A stretch of 64,000 nt of DNA, from positions 164,424,001-164,488,000 of the forward strand of contig OX597817.1 in NCBI GenBank assembly GCA_951406725.2, in the 5' to 3' direction. How positions within the stretch are numbered: the stretch's first letter is position 1; every line of letters begins with the position of its first letter. The notes under the pieces were generated by a model, which was given only the letters and a program-made list of their open reading frames with translations, did not search any database and was not told the DNA's origin. Made by a program: the position numbers and the translations under genes. Shown in pieces: positions 1 through 12,507 of the stretch. This stretch comes from Octopus vulgaris. Taxonomy: Eukaryota.

Positions 1-326
1 TATAGTCTTGAGCCTACTAAATCCTTGTGAGTGAATTTGGTAGGTGGAAACTGAAAGAAGCCTATCAGATAAATTTACATGTGTGTTTGTTTGTTTGTGC
101 ATGTGTGTGCATGCATATCTTTGTGTCTTTGTGTATCCCCCACCACCAACTGACAACCGGCATTGGTATGTTTATGTCCCCATAACTTAATTGTTCAGCA
201 AAAGTGACCAATAGAATAAATACAAGGCTTAAAAAATAAGTACTGGGGTTGATTCATTCAACTAAAAATTCTTCAGGGTGTTGCCCCAGCATGGCCACAG
301 TCTAATGATGGAAACAAGTAAAATGA
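1..326 (+). mobile_element. Partial, diverged copy of the CORE-like tRNA-derived SINE (body and tail)
   Basis: CCTTGTGAGTGAATTTGGTAGGTGGAAACTGAAAGAAGCC, internal (TG)n and tail CAGCATGGCCACAGTC..GAAACAAGTAAAA match the full copies at 34500 and 39283. Confidence 0.75.
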
Positions 327-364
327 TAAAATTGATCATTATCACCCTTGTCAGTTTATGTCCA

Positions 365-1660
365 CTTGAGAGAACAAACCGGATTTCAACCCAGCAGATC
401 ATGCTGCAAGCAAATATTCACACTGTGCAACATCGTGGAACAATGCATGGAACACCAAAGACCACTAATAATAAACTTCATTGATTTCAAAAAGGCGTTT
501 GACTGTGTGCATAAAGAAACTCTCTGGAAGATTGCAAAAGTGTATGGAATACCAGACGATTACATCAGTCTGCTTAGCAGTTTCTACTACAACACAAGCT
601 GCTACATTTGAACAGAGTATGGATACACGGGTTTTCTTAAGAATGTCACTGGAGTACGACATGGCTGTCTCCTGTCAACATTGTTGTTTCTGATGGTCAT
701 CGATTTTGCTATGCAAAGATCAATGGTGAGGGTCCAGTTAACAAACTTGGATTTCGCCAACGACATTGCCCTGTTGGCTGAGAATCACCCAACATTACAA
801 GAAATAATAACAAAAATGGGAAGGGAAACGGCAAAGACTGGGTTGAGAATCAGCAGTTAAAAAATGAAGGTAATGCAAGTTGGGAAACAAGTAGAAAGTG
901 TACGAATGAAAGTTGGACAAGAACCAGTTGAAGAAGTTACAAGCTTCACATATCTGGGAAGCATAGTGACAAGCAACGGCGATGCAAAAACAGAGGTAAG
1001 CTGCAGAATTGGCAAGGCATCGGCAGTATCTAGAAGACTGACAACACTTTGGTGTAGCAGTAACATAAGTACAGAGCTGAAGGTTCCCTCTCTCTTGGAG
1101 AGGCACAAGCACTTACACACACACATGTACGCACACAGCAGTAACTCCTGCCTACCAAATTCAATTACAAGGCTTCGGTCGGCCCGGGACTATAGCAGAA
1201 GATGCCTGTACAAAACAGCAAAACTGCCAATAACAATCTGTGCAACTGAAACCTGGAGGATAACAGCAAAAATTGCCCACCAACTTGACATACTTCATCA
1301 GTGGTACCTTAGAAAAATCCTAAGAATCACTTAGAGATACAGCATAACAAATGATGCCATTCTCTAAACAGCAAGAGTAAGGCACTTGCATGCAATTGTA
1401 ACTAAACAATGAATGAGAATGGCATGGCTGGACACATACTAAGACTGCCAGAAGAGAGGCCTGTCAAAACAGCCATGGGCTAGATGCTGCTGGAAGGTAA
1501 GAGAAAAATAGGTCAGCCAAGGAAAACATGTAGTACCTTCTATTGAAGACCTACACAGACTGAACATCACCTGGGAAGAAGCATACTTGTTGGCCAGAGA
1601 CAGATAATTGGCGATCACTGACTGCACAATATGCCGCTCAAAGGCACTAATGGACCTAAG
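365..1660 (+). mobile_element. Degenerate RTE-clade non-LTR retrotransposon, reverse transcriptase region
   Basis: Translations give QTGFQPSRSC..QIFTL..IVEQCMEHQRPLIINFIDFKKAFDCVH, LDFANDIALL (degenerate YADD) and VEEVTSFTYLGSIVTSNGDAKTEVSCRIGKAS; several stops and frameshifts. Confidence 0.85.
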
Positions 1661-1856
1661 AGAAAGATATAATATACACACACATATGCACACAATGGGC
1701 TTCATTCAGTTTCTGTCTACCAGATCTATTCACAAGGCTTTGGTTGGCCTGGGGTTATAGTAGAAGGTATTTGCCAAGGTACTATACAGTGGGCCTGAAT
1801 CCAAGATCACACAAATGGAAAGCATGTTCCTTAATTGGACAACTATACCTGCACAA

Positions 1857-2430
1857 TCATCATCATCGTTTAATGTCCACTTTCCATACTAGCATGGGTT
1901 GGACCATTTGACTGAGGACTGGTGAACCAGATGGCTGCACTAGGCTCCAATCTAATCTGGCAGAGTTTCTACAGCTGGATGTCCTTCCTAACGCCAACCA
2001 CTCCGAGAGTGTAGTTGGTGCTTTTACGTGCCATCAGCATGAGGGCCAGTCAGGCGGTACTGGCAACGGCCACACTCAAGTGGTGTTTTTTACATGCCAT
2101 CTGCACAGGAGCCAGTCCAGCAGCACTGGCAACAACCTTGCTCGTACTGCATATTTCCAAAGGTCTCGGTCACTAGTCATTGCTTCAGTGAGGCCTAATG
2201 TTCTAAGGTCGTGCTACACCACCTCATCCCAGGTCTTCCTGGGTTTACCTCTTCCACAGGTTCCCTCAGCCGCTAGGGTGTGGCACTTTCTCACACAGCT
2301 ATCCTTATCCATTCTCGCCACATGACCATACCAGCACAGTCATCTCTCTTGCACACCACATCTGATGCTTCTTAGGTTTCTCTCAAGCTACTTACACCCT
2401 GTCAAGTGTGCACACTGACATTACACATAT
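1857..2430 (-). mobile_element. RTE LINE 3' fragment: ORF C-terminus, 3'UTR and (GAT)n tail
   Basis: Minus strand of about 2150-2370 reads ..CGVQER..WYGHVARMDKDSCVRKCHTLAAEGTCGRGKPRKTWDEVV.HDLRTLGLTEAMTSDRDLWKYAV, contiguous with the AGGAAGG.CATCCAGCTGTAGAAAC..GGACATTAAACGATGATG tail. Confidence 0.85.
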
Positions 2431-2809
2431 AAATGAATATATATTAAAAGATGTATATTTAAAAAAGCATTAGAAAACATTTAATTTAAAAACTAGATTA
2501 GTTTGTGTGCTAGCAACTAGCGCAATATCTCATCTTTCCTGCTTTTGATATGGTCACATCTGTTGTTTAGCAGCATATCAGTCCTAATCCCAAAATTTAA
2601 GTTGAAAGACCTCCAAGCTGTGACCCTCTACTCTTTTCTTTCAAACTTAGTATCTAAGACTAGCACTCTATTGTCTAACATGTCCTCTTCCTTTGAGGAA
2701 GATTTGGCTGTTATTTCTAAAATGCCTCAGCGAATTCTGTCTAGCCCATGCAAGCATAGAAAAGTGGACATTAAACTGATGATTTGATGATTTTCATATA
2801 CATGTCTAT

Positions 2810-3350
2810 CTTGTTTCAGTTGTTTGACTGACCATTCTGGAGCAGTGCCTAGAAAAATTTTTGTCAAATGAATTGACCCCAGTATTTATTTATTTTTAAT
2901 CCTGGTACTTATTCTATAAGTCTCATTTGCTGAACTGCTAAGTTACAGGCACATAGTCACACCACCGCCCATTGTCAAGCAGTAGTGACACAAAATCTAT
3001 ATATATATATATATAATTTATAAATATATAATTAATAAATATCAGGGTAGGAACAATTTTAGGAATTTTTTTATTACCAGTGGCCTAGCATGTAGAAAAT
3101 TAGTCAGACTATATATTATATATATCTATATATATTATTCATGTGTATATATATATATATATATGCACACAGACATACATACATACATATAATGGGCTTC
3201 TTTCAGTCTCTGTCTACCAAATCCACTTACAAGGCTTTGGTCAGCTTGAGGCTATAGTAGATGGCACTTGCCCAAGGTCCCACACAGTGGGACTGAACCA
3301 GCGACCATGTGGTTGGGAGGCAAGCTTACCACACACCCACGCTTGTACCT
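2810..3350 (-). mobile_element. CORE-like SINE, interrupted by (TA)n and an unrelated fragment
   Basis: Tail at about 2810-2990 and head at about 3190-3350 are reverse complements of the 34500 copy. Confidence 0.65.
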
Positions 3351-4029
3351 AATATATATGAAGGTAGTAAAATTTTGTGGGGTATACAGACAGCTATAAA
3401 TGAAGGTTGAAAAGAATAGAGTTTTGTGTGTGTGTGTATGTGTGCAAAATAAACCAGTAAAAAGACTGTGTGTTTATATTTACATTAATAGGTGTGAGAG
3501 CAGTAGCTTTGTGTATGTGTACACCTATTTAGCTGTAATGCTATAAGCCATAAAACAGGTGAAAGTGTAGGTAGGTAGGTAGGTATTTGATGTATATAGC
3601 ACTCTAAATCAGCCACGTGTGTGTATGTGCATACATTATATGATTACTCTGTGTTACTATTACACAACAAAATTGACCTTGTTTTATGTTCTGTCTTATT
3701 TAACATACACGAGGATTTATAAGGTCAACTTGGCAGTTGGCTTTGTTTTTCACTGGTTTGCCTGGTACAGTAGATTTGTCAGGTGGACTAGCTTCATGCT
3801 TCATGCCAGATAGTTCAGTCACAGACTTATGCCTTAACATTTTTCTCTGGGTCAGTAATATCTTCATTATTCTTAATTTTTATTATCGGTGTTTATAACA
3901 ATACCTTATAATGAAATGTACTCTACATAACCATATCGTGAGGAGATTAAATTTACCTGTTATGCCTCCCCTTTTTTTATTATTATTTTTTTTTCTTTGT
4001 ATCTTTCTTTCTCAGACACAGAAAATGTT

Positions 4030-4067
4030 TGTGTGTGGTGTGTGTGTGTGTGTGCACACATGCATGC

Positions 4068-4117
<50 letters not shown>

Positions 4118-4268
4118 ATATGTGTGTGTGTATGTGTGTGTGTGTGTGTGTATGTGTGTGTGTGTATGTGTGTGTGTGTGTGTATGTGTGTGTGTGTATG
4201 TGTGTGTGTATATGTGTGTGTGTGTGTATATATGTGTGTGTATATATATGTAATATATATATATATAT
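4030..4268. repeat. Compound (TG)n/(TA)n microsatellite
   Basis: Directly visible; source of several spurious CVCV/HTHT ORFs. Confidence 0.97.
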
Positions 4269-4454
4269 CATCATCATCATCATCATCGTTTAACGTCCGC
4301 TTTCCGCGCTAGCACGGGTTGGACGGTTTGACCGGGTCTGGGAAGCCAGGGGCCGCACCAGGCTCCAGTCTGAATCTGGCAGAGTTTCTACGGCTGGATG
4401 CCCTTCCTAACGCCAACCACTCCGTGAGTGGATTGGGTGCTTTTTACGTGCCAC

Positions 4455-4456
<2 letters not shown>
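4268..4456 (-). mobile_element. RTE-LINE 3'-tail copy
   Basis: (CAT)n CGTTTAACGTCCGCTTTCC..GGATGCCCTTCCTAACGCCAACCACTCC, the same tail as 1857-2150. Confidence 0.8.
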
Positions 4457-4493
<37 letters not shown>

Positions 4494-5444
4494 GTACAGG
4501 CATACTGAATGATTAAGAAGTTTATTTTGCAAACATGTGGCTTCAGGTTCAGTCTCACTACATGGTTATCTTGGCCATCTAAGGAAGTGTCTTCTATTAT
4601 ATCCAACCAATGTTTTGTGAGTGAATTTCATTGCTGGAAACAGTACAAAACCTGTGGCATGTACGTGTGTATATATCTGTGTAAACGTTTATACACTACA
4701 CTTGGATGTTGTTTATTAACATTTCCCTGTTAACCAATCACCTGTTAGTTGTTCTCTTTCTAAGACAAGTGAAATAAAAATTCCTTACTTCAAATCAGGT
4801 AAAGATTAGCAACAGGGTGGGCATCCAGCAGTAAAACAATGTATTCATCTAACCCATGCTAGCATGGAAATGGGGATGTAAAACAAACGATATACGTGTG
4901 TGTATTCATAAATGTATATTGTATATATGGTTATGTGTATCTGAATTTGTTTACATGTGTGTGTGTATGTTCATATAATGTATCCTCATTTATAGCTTTA
5001 TGTGCTTTAAGATCCACTGTTCCAAAAAAGAATTTAAACAGTCTCACAAAAGTTTATAAATTTTTAGACATCAGCAATATGTATGTTTGCCTGTGTTCTT
5101 TGCATTTACCCCAACTCTCTGACAACCAGTGTTGGTTTGGTCACATCCCATAACTTAGTGGTTCAGTGAAAGAGTCTGATAGAATAAGTACCAGAGTTGA
5201 TTTATTCAACTAAACCTTTCAAGGCAGTGCTTCAGCATGATCCAATGACTGAAACAAGTAAAAGATACAATATTCCTGTAACAAGACTGATGGCATTTCT
5301 GCTATGGGCTCTCAGATGATTACCTTGCCCTAATTTTGCTTTAGATTTTTTGTGACAGTGTTGCACATAATTTGATCAAGAACTACACCAACAGTAGCTC
5401 TGCTTTTGTACATTCATCCAAAATGGATTTTCAGCTAGTAGTTA

Positions 5445-5780
5445 AGATACCCATGCCGGTGACATGTAAAAAGCATCGTCCAAACGTGGCAGAAGCCAGT
5501 GCCGCCTGACTGGCGTCTGTGTCGGTGACATGTAAAAGCACCAACCAATCGGGGACGTTTGCCAGCCTCCCCTGGTCCCTGTGCCGGTGGCACATAAAAA
5601 GTACCCACTACACTCACAGAGTGGTTGATGTTAGGAAGAGCATCCAGCTGTAGAAACACTGCCAGATTAGACTGGAGCCTGGTGCAGCCTCCTGGCCTCC
5701 CAGACCCCTTGAACCGTCCTACCCATACTAGCATGGAAAATGGACGTTAAATGATGATGATGATGATGATGATCATCATC
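5445..5780 (+). mobile_element. RTE-LINE 3'UTR copy with three GTGCCGGTGGCAC.TAAAAAGCACC-type modules
   Basis: Modules near 5454, 5519 and 5581, then AGGAAGAGCATCCAGCTGTAGAAAC and a (GAT)n tail. Confidence 0.8.
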
Positions 5781-6354
5781 ATACTTTTAGACATAAAGGA
5801 TAACAGTGCTTCTCTGGTGTCATTGGAGCTTTAGGCGTATGGGCACTTCATATGTTGGTCTCCTGGTTGTTGATCACTCATAGATGACGGGTCTAGCTTT
5901 TGAAGGTGTACTGTGACCATAGACTATGTATGTGAGATTATCTCCAATACCTTTATCAACCTGCAGTTTTCAGGTATTAACATTTCACTATTTAATGTGC
6001 TGCTTAAATTTTCTCAAGCTTTCACTTCATTTTTTTTTTTTTTGTGATTTCACAATTTCTGTATTTTTGGTCTCAACTGAAGATGCTTTCTGAGAACTAA
6101 TCACTTTAAAAGCTTGAGTTCATCAAGCTAAATGATGTGGCCAATCCATTTCATATGATACTTGAAACTGCCCACTTTTTTGCTGCAGTTCTGTCAGATG
6201 TAAAAGATTTTCAATTTCTGTTGAAATTTCTTGATATTTTGATGCATCACTGATACAAAGTCTGTGTCTCAGACAAGTATAGCAGGGATGTGATGATGCA
6301 AGCATCACAGATATGAAACTTAGTGGACCATTTCCAACCAAAGCTTTCTCAATA

Positions 6355-7288
6355 ATTATGACTGTAGCTTTTGACCAGGAGAAATCATTAGAGGGGGTAT
6401 CCAACTCTCCTTGGATGTTTTGATCCTCAACCACAGTGTCATCTAGTTGGCAAGTCCAACATGGTGGCCAGTCACTGACTGTCTTCTAGCTTCCAGCTCA
6501 ACTTCTCTTGCTTCTTCTATGGCCAGCAAGATGTTCTTTCTGCTACCTCTCTTAATTTCCAAGTATTTTCCTCTCCTTTCATGCCACTCCCATAGCTGTC
6601 AGCATCTTCCACATTGGGGAAACCCTGCAACTAACTCCAGCAGGAAATAGCCAGACTTGCCAACCTTTTCCTCCTACACTGTTGAACCAGATCCTGGCTC
6701 TTCCACTCTGAAGCATCCTTAGAATATATGATTATGTCAAACCTTGGGGATGTTTGAACAATCTAGAAAAAATGAAGTTTCCTACCCAGGTCCACCCTCA
6801 ACTGCTGAAATGGTGCTAACTGCCTGAGACTCTTCTTCCTTTTTGGAAGAGATTACTTTGACCCCCCCCCCCCCTCCGCTATCTGACAGTCAGGGATGAT
6901 TTCACAAGAGTCTAGCAATTTCTGTCTCTCCTGCTCCAAAATGTCTGACAGTGCTCTGAGGATTTTTTCATAGTGCCATCTATATCTTTCTTGGCCAAGT
7001 GCAGCCTTGCACCCTGCCTGTATATATGCCAATATGCTCCCACATTCTTGCTCTCTCTCTCTCTCTCTCCCACCCAGGGGTCCTCTTTTATTCTTCTCCT
7101 TTTAAGTTTGTTCTTGTCACGAAAGTGTCATACATTAATCAAATAATCAGAGCAGAAAAGGGACAGGTTTTCCAGTCTCCAAAATTGAGGCCAGGTGATT
7201 TCCTTTTTGGTAGGTTCCACTTTGTCCAGGTTCTTTGAGATCTACATTCCAAAGTCCTGGACCTTCATCCTTTCTCCTCCAATTGTCT
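6355..7288 (-). mobile_element. Degenerate HERO-like (REL endonuclease) non-LTR retrotransposon, 3' portion
   Basis: Minus-strand translation across frameshifts gives QTEVRQLEEKG..SQRTWTKWNLPKRK/ITWPQFWRLE, MYDT, AGCKAALGQERYRWHYEKILRALSDILEQERQK, LRVDLGRKLHF..IVQTSPR/DIIIYS, QDLVQQCRR/KGWQVWLFPAGVSCR..MWKMLTAMGV, EKLSWKLEDSQ-stop (6472-6474), then a short 3'UTR. Clade call is from recalled motif order, not a search. Confidence 0.8.
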
Positions 7289-7751
7289 TACCTCAGTTTG
7301 GGTCATGGTGGATGTTAGTGGAGAGAGTAATAGAATTGTGTCACCCAGCACAGGTGCTTTTTGCATGTCACTGGCACAGGAAGAGCATGCAATTGTAAAA
7401 AAAAAATATAACACACAAAATGGTGTATTTGAAAAGAAGCATCCAACTTATGCCTGCTTGATAAAAGTGGATGTAAAGTTGATATATATATATATATATA
7501 TATATATACCATCATTATCATTGTTTTTACATACACTTTTCCATATTGGCATGTGTTTGATAAGAACTTATTGAGACAGTTTCTATTTGGCCAGGTGTTT
7601 TCAAGTAAGGGATTCGTAGTTTGGCATGTGAAATACAGAGATGTAGTTTACTGGAGAAAGTAAATAGTGCCACTTTTCGCTCAAACAGTGTTAATGAGAA
7701 CATGTACAGTTAACATTTTACACAGACACACACACACATATATATCACACA

Positions 7752-8085
7752 TTCTCTCTTTCTCCCTCCTCTCTTTCTCCCTCCTCTCTCTCTCCCTCTT
7801 CTCTCTCCTTCTTCTCTCTCCCTCTCTCTCTCTCCTCTCTCCTTCACCTCTCTCTCTCCTTCTCCTCTCTCCTTCTCCTCTCTCTCCTCACTCTCTCTCC
7901 TTCTCTCTCTCTCCTTCTCTCTCTCTCCTTCTCTCTCTCCTTCTCTCTCTCCTTCTCTCTCTCCTTCTCTCTCTCCTTCTCTCTCTCCTTCTCTCTCTCT
8001 CCTTCTCTCTCTCTCCTTCTCTCTCTCTCCTTCTCTCTCTCCTTCTCTCTCTCTCCTTCTCTCTCTCTCCTTCTCTCTCTCTCCT

Positions 8086-8116
<31 letters not shown>

Positions 8117-8132
8117 CTTCTCTCTCTCTCTC

Positions 8133-8163
<31 letters not shown>

Positions 8164-8308
8164 CTCTCTCCTTCTCTCTCTCTCTCTCTCTCTCTCCTTC
8201 TCTCTCTCTCCTTCTCTCTCTCTCCTTCTCTCTCTCTCCTCTCTCTCTCCTCTCTCTCTCCTCTCTCTCTCCTCTCTCCTTCTCTCTCTTTCTCTCTCTC
8301 CTCTCTTT
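7752..8308. repeat. ~560-bp almost pure polypyrimidine (CT)n/CCTT compound microsatellite
   Basis: Directly visible; explains the 260-aa SLSL and 162-aa ERER ORFs. Confidence 0.97.
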
Positions 8309-9330
8309 TGTATATATATATATATTACACATACTCTCTGCTCTCCCTCTCCTCTATCTCCCTCTCACCCCTTCCTCTCTCAACAATCTTCGACACAGAT
8401 TCTGTCCAGCATTTTCACTCTGAAGGTATTGATCAGCTTGAGGCTATAGTAGAAGACAGTAGCCCAAGATGCCATGCAGCAGAACTGAACCTGACAGTAC
8501 ATGATTCAAAGCAAACCTCATATCCATACAACTATGCTTGAATTGTGGTGGTGGACAGATGGTGAGAGTACACACACATACTCAGTGTTGAGTGAGTGAT
8601 TTAACCCTGATATAATGCTGCCAATTATTTTATATATGTGTTATGTATGTCATATATATTTGGTGGTGGTAGAAGAAAGGCGCAGTGTGGTGATTGGAAG
8701 ATAGAGATGTAGTTGTAAGAGATTAGAGTGGTGAGATGGTTGGAGATTAGAAACTGGAATGGTAAGATATGATCATCTGATGGGCAGATTTCTTTACTTG
8801 TCTTATACTAGCACAGAAATAATCAGAAATATGAAAGCTATGCTAGCGTTAATGTAAACTTATATAAACCAGTTATTTTTTGAGAAATCCAAATATCTAC
8901 GTGGAGAAACTCTACATAATTGTTCTATTAGTGCTAAGAGTTCGTTAAATAACACAACACAACACAGTACAATAGAATAAACAGGTGAATGGCCTGGTTA
9001 TTGAAACTATCATTCCTAATCAAGTGGTAACATTTTAATATTCAACATCTGACAGAAATTACTTACTTTAATAGTGTTAGATCTAAAAATAACATTTCTT
9101 CTGTAAATTCCACCTCTGGGTGCTTAACCTGTTTGAGTTGGCTGCTATACTGATGGTGTAGTGGGGTGGAATGGTAGAGAAATTATAGCTCCAAATTGAC
9201 AGGATAATATTTTGTAGTGCAGTTCCTGAGTACAGCCTTATTACCATTCTCTTATGATTATGATGCTATTGAGTTAGGTTCAGCTTTACGTACAGTCACA
9301 CTAGTGTAAGTTACCAGGCTGCACTTATAT

Positions 9331-9545
9331 ATTTCTTTACTACCCACAAGGGGCTAAACACAGAGAGGACAAACAAGGGCAGACAAACAGATTAAGTCGA
9401 TTGCATCAACCCCAGTGCATAACTGGTACTTATTTAATCGACCCCGAAAGGATGAAAGGCAAAGTCGACCTCGGTGGAATTTGAACTCAGAACGTAATGG
9501 CAGACAAAATATGCCTACACATTTCACCCAGCGTGCTAACGTAGA
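9331..9545 (-). mobile_element. Nin/Deu-domain tRNA-derived SINE, head truncated
   Basis: Reverse complement of the 21175 and 27880 copies, including GCCTTTCATCCTTTCGGGGTCGATTAAATAAGTACCAG. Confidence 0.85.
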
Positions 9546-10799
9546 GATTTCCATCTAGTACAATCATATTACTTTATCTAGGTTCTAGTCAAAACCTGTT
9601 TTTAAGAATGATGAGTTCAATTTACCTTTCATGTTTGATCTTCCAACTGTGAAATTGAATTTCATTGTTTATTCCAGTAATGATCTTAAGCATCTATCAA
9701 ATAATAAAACTCATATTTTCTGCCAGTCACATTGCCTCAATCAATTTGACATATCTCAACTAAATATGGTTTCAAACACAACATTCCTCTACAAAAGATA
9801 GATTGGTATATAAAACTGATTTCTGCAGTAAAAGAGTCAAGTTGAATTCACCTTGGATATGTCAGTGGCAGGAAGAATTTTATCAAAACTGGAAGAGAAA
9901 TATCTAAAAAAAATGATTGAGATTGAAGTCTTTATCTAAAATACTCGCATATTTTGATTTATGATTGGTTTAATAATAAAGATCAGGAAATAAATTTTTT
10001 CTCATTTCCTTTCTTTGAAAAACTTCAAATTCTAGTATAGAGATAGCATGGCCAAGTTTTAGACTACTAGCTTATTATCCAATTCCACAATTTTTGTACA
10101 CATACTACAAAAATTCCCCTAAACTCTCCTCCATGCTACTAGTTTCACTACATTAAACACATTGCCAAGTGCTAAAGATTCCTCAATTCAAATCCACTGC
10201 TTTTTTACTCCCTCTTAAATATTGTACTTTATGTCTAGCTTGTATTCTCTCCAAATTCTTTCATTTTCTTCTCTCTACTGTAAGGACATTTCCAACAATT
10301 ATTGCAGTGTTCTCTTCCCCAAAACACTAGCCTCTCTGACAGCTCTATAGTGCTCATTTCCAACATCTCCAAAAGTAATGAAAACAGTTGTCAACAATCC
10401 AATACTTTGAATCAGTCTCTCTCTCTCTCTCTCTCATAAAGATGCAATCTCTACATATATCAATGAAAGTTTTAAACTTAACAGGTCAATGAGTAGAAAT
10501 CAGCAATATTGGATAACAAAACTATTAAAGAATAGAAAATTGAAAGTTTGATTCCAGCTGCTAGTAGAAATCAAACGACAAGAAATCATGCTGGTTAGAC
10601 TTTGAATAAGTAAGGCACTACACCTATTGTTACATAGTAGACATGCTACCATCATCAAGTAGATGTTACCTTTGTAAAGCATGCTATCCTTTTCACAATG
10701 TCTTCAGTAAATCTACCTTCATTCTACCTTATGAACAACACAACTAAAACCATTAAAGTTACTACAAATGCTAAACTTCTCATTGTATTTGACTGATTG

Positions 10800-11120
10800 T
10801 GAAAGCACATTGCTTAGTAGTTAGGGTATTCGGTTCACAATCATGAAGTCATGAATTCAATTCCTGGCTGCATGTTGAGTCCTTGAGTAAGACACTTTAT
10901 TTTATGTTGCTCCAGTCCACTCAGCTGGCAAAATGAGTTGTATCTATATTTCAAAGGGCCAGCCTTGCCCCATATTGTGTCATGTTGAACTTCCCTGAGA
11001 ATTACATTAAGGGTATGAATGTCTGTGGAGTGCTCAGCCACTTGCATGTTAATTTTACGAGCAAGCTGCTCCATTGATCAGATCAACTGGAACCCTCATC
11101 ATTGTAACCAACAGAATGCC
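10800..11120 (+). mobile_element. tRNA-headed SINE of a third family (GTCCTTGAGTAAGACAC core)
   Basis: A/B-box-like head; the tail GTGGAGTGCTCAGCCACTTGCA..GATCAACTGGAACCCTC recurs inverted at about 48350-48510. Confidence 0.7.
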
Positions 11121-11249
11121 AGTTTTTTGTTTGTTTTTTTATTTGACTAATCAACAGAGATGCACTCCCCAACTTTACAATCACCAAGCTGTTTCTTCTC
11201 TCTGACTTACCATTCCTTCAACAGTCTTATGAACAAGCAAGCTACATAC

Positions 11250-11468
11250 CTATTTCTTTATTGTCTACAAGGGGCTAAACACAGAGAGGACAGACGAAGG
11301 TATTAAGTCGATTACATCGACCCCAGTGCGTAACTGGTACTTAATTTATTGACCCTGAAAGGATGAAAGGCAAAGTCATCCTCGGCAGAATTTGAACTCA
11401 GAACCTAGCAGCAAACGAAATACAGCTATTTCACCTGGCGCGCTAACATTTCTGCCAGCTTGCCACCC
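11250..11468 (-). mobile_element. Nin/Deu-domain SINE with TSD CTACATACC
   Basis: Reverse complement of the family consensus; CTACATACC on both flanks. Confidence 0.8.
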
Positions 11469-11719
11469 TACATACCACCTCCATCTAAATGCACTGATGT
11501 ATCTTTCTCTCCTTTCCTCATTTCTGTCTTACTCCCCAAGACACAACACTAAAATCATCCAACCCCCTCCCAATCATTCCTCCCCAGAATTGCATCCCTC
11601 TGGAATATCTTCCCTACCCATCTTTTTCCTACAGGCATTGACATAAAGCAATTAAGGCTAAACATCAACCATATTGTTTACACCAGTAAGGTGTACGATA
11701 CTTTCACTAGGATTCATAA

Positions 11720-12254
11720 TGGTTTTAAATTTTAGCACATGGTCAGCAATTTTATGGGTAGTGGGTAAATTGATTACATTGAGCCCAGTGTTCAACTAGT
11801 ACTTCTTTTATCAAACCCTGAAAGAATGAAAGGCAAAGTATCCCTCAGAGAGCAAAAATGGATGAAATACATAAGCAGTTTCTCTGGAGTGCTATGATTA
11901 TGCTCACAACATCATAAGCGGAAAGTGTAACCTCTTGAAAGAGCTGTTCTTCACTCCTGCTCCAGAACATCGGCTGCGGGGTCACTCTGAAAAGCTCTAT
12001 CTACGACGATTTCATCTCAATCGAAGGAGAGGGGCTTTCTCCATCCGGGTTGCGGATCCGTGGAATAAGCTGCCAGACGAGATAGTGAAGATACCGACAA
12101 CCACTCGGTTCAAAGTCTCCCTTGACCACAAATGGCCTGAACTCTTTGCATGAACACCACCCTGTACATAACTCCATGTCCCCCTACATGGCCTTGCTTT
12201 TTGCTTTTTGAGACAAAAAATTAACTTAACTTAACTATGCCAGTTCGTTCCCCT
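11720..12254 (-). mobile_element. Old Nin/Deu-domain SINE with 14-bp TSD, interrupted by a CR1/L2 fragment
   Basis: ACTAGGATTCATAA at 11706-11719 and 12255-12268; SINE sequence resumes after 12240. Confidence 0.75.
11904..12235 (+). mobile_element. 5'-truncated CR1/L2-type LINE 3' end with (TTAAC)n tail
   Basis: LRGHSEKL..RRGAFSIRVADPWNKLPDEIV is a typical CR1-group ORF2 C-terminus; stop at 12153; TATGC on both flanks. Confidence 0.85.
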
Positions 12255-12507
12255 ACTAGGATTCATAACAACACACTCCAAAAATTATTTGTAATTCCTG
12301 AACACCAAAATGAACATAAGAGAAAATTCAATGTGACTTCATTCAACAGCAGAATGGTGCATCTGAAAATGTTTTGGCTTAATATTGATATGGCTGTTGC
12401 TGTTATCTCCGACAGTTCCACTTCATAGTTATTTGAATTATTAATTCATTATTTTAATGATGGCATACATTTGTTATTTACACCCGTAATTCCAAGTAAC
12501 TTTAAAT

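Noticed and set aside
3911-4312. Cys/Val- and His/Thr-rich ORFs
   Set aside because: Translations of (TG)n/(TA)n
5445-5620. Repeat-spacer pattern with palindromic repeats resembling CRISPR
   Set aside because: It is part of the multicopy RTE LINE 3'UTR; spacers are related to each other and recur in other copies
5800-5860. VIGALGV peptide resembling the C-terminus of R4/Dong-type REL elements
   Set aside because: Too short to support a call without a search
6123-6434. 103-aa minus-strand ORF
   Set aside because: Starts in the 3'UTR of the HERO-like relic; no recognisable domain or splice context
7667-8449. 260-aa Leu/Ser ORF and antisense Glu/Arg ORF
   Set aside because: Translations of the CT microsatellite
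10555-10700. KRQEIMLVRL*I peptide resembling I-clade LINE C-terminal RLRIGH motif
   Set aside because: Heavily decayed; downstream zinc knuckle not recoverable by eye
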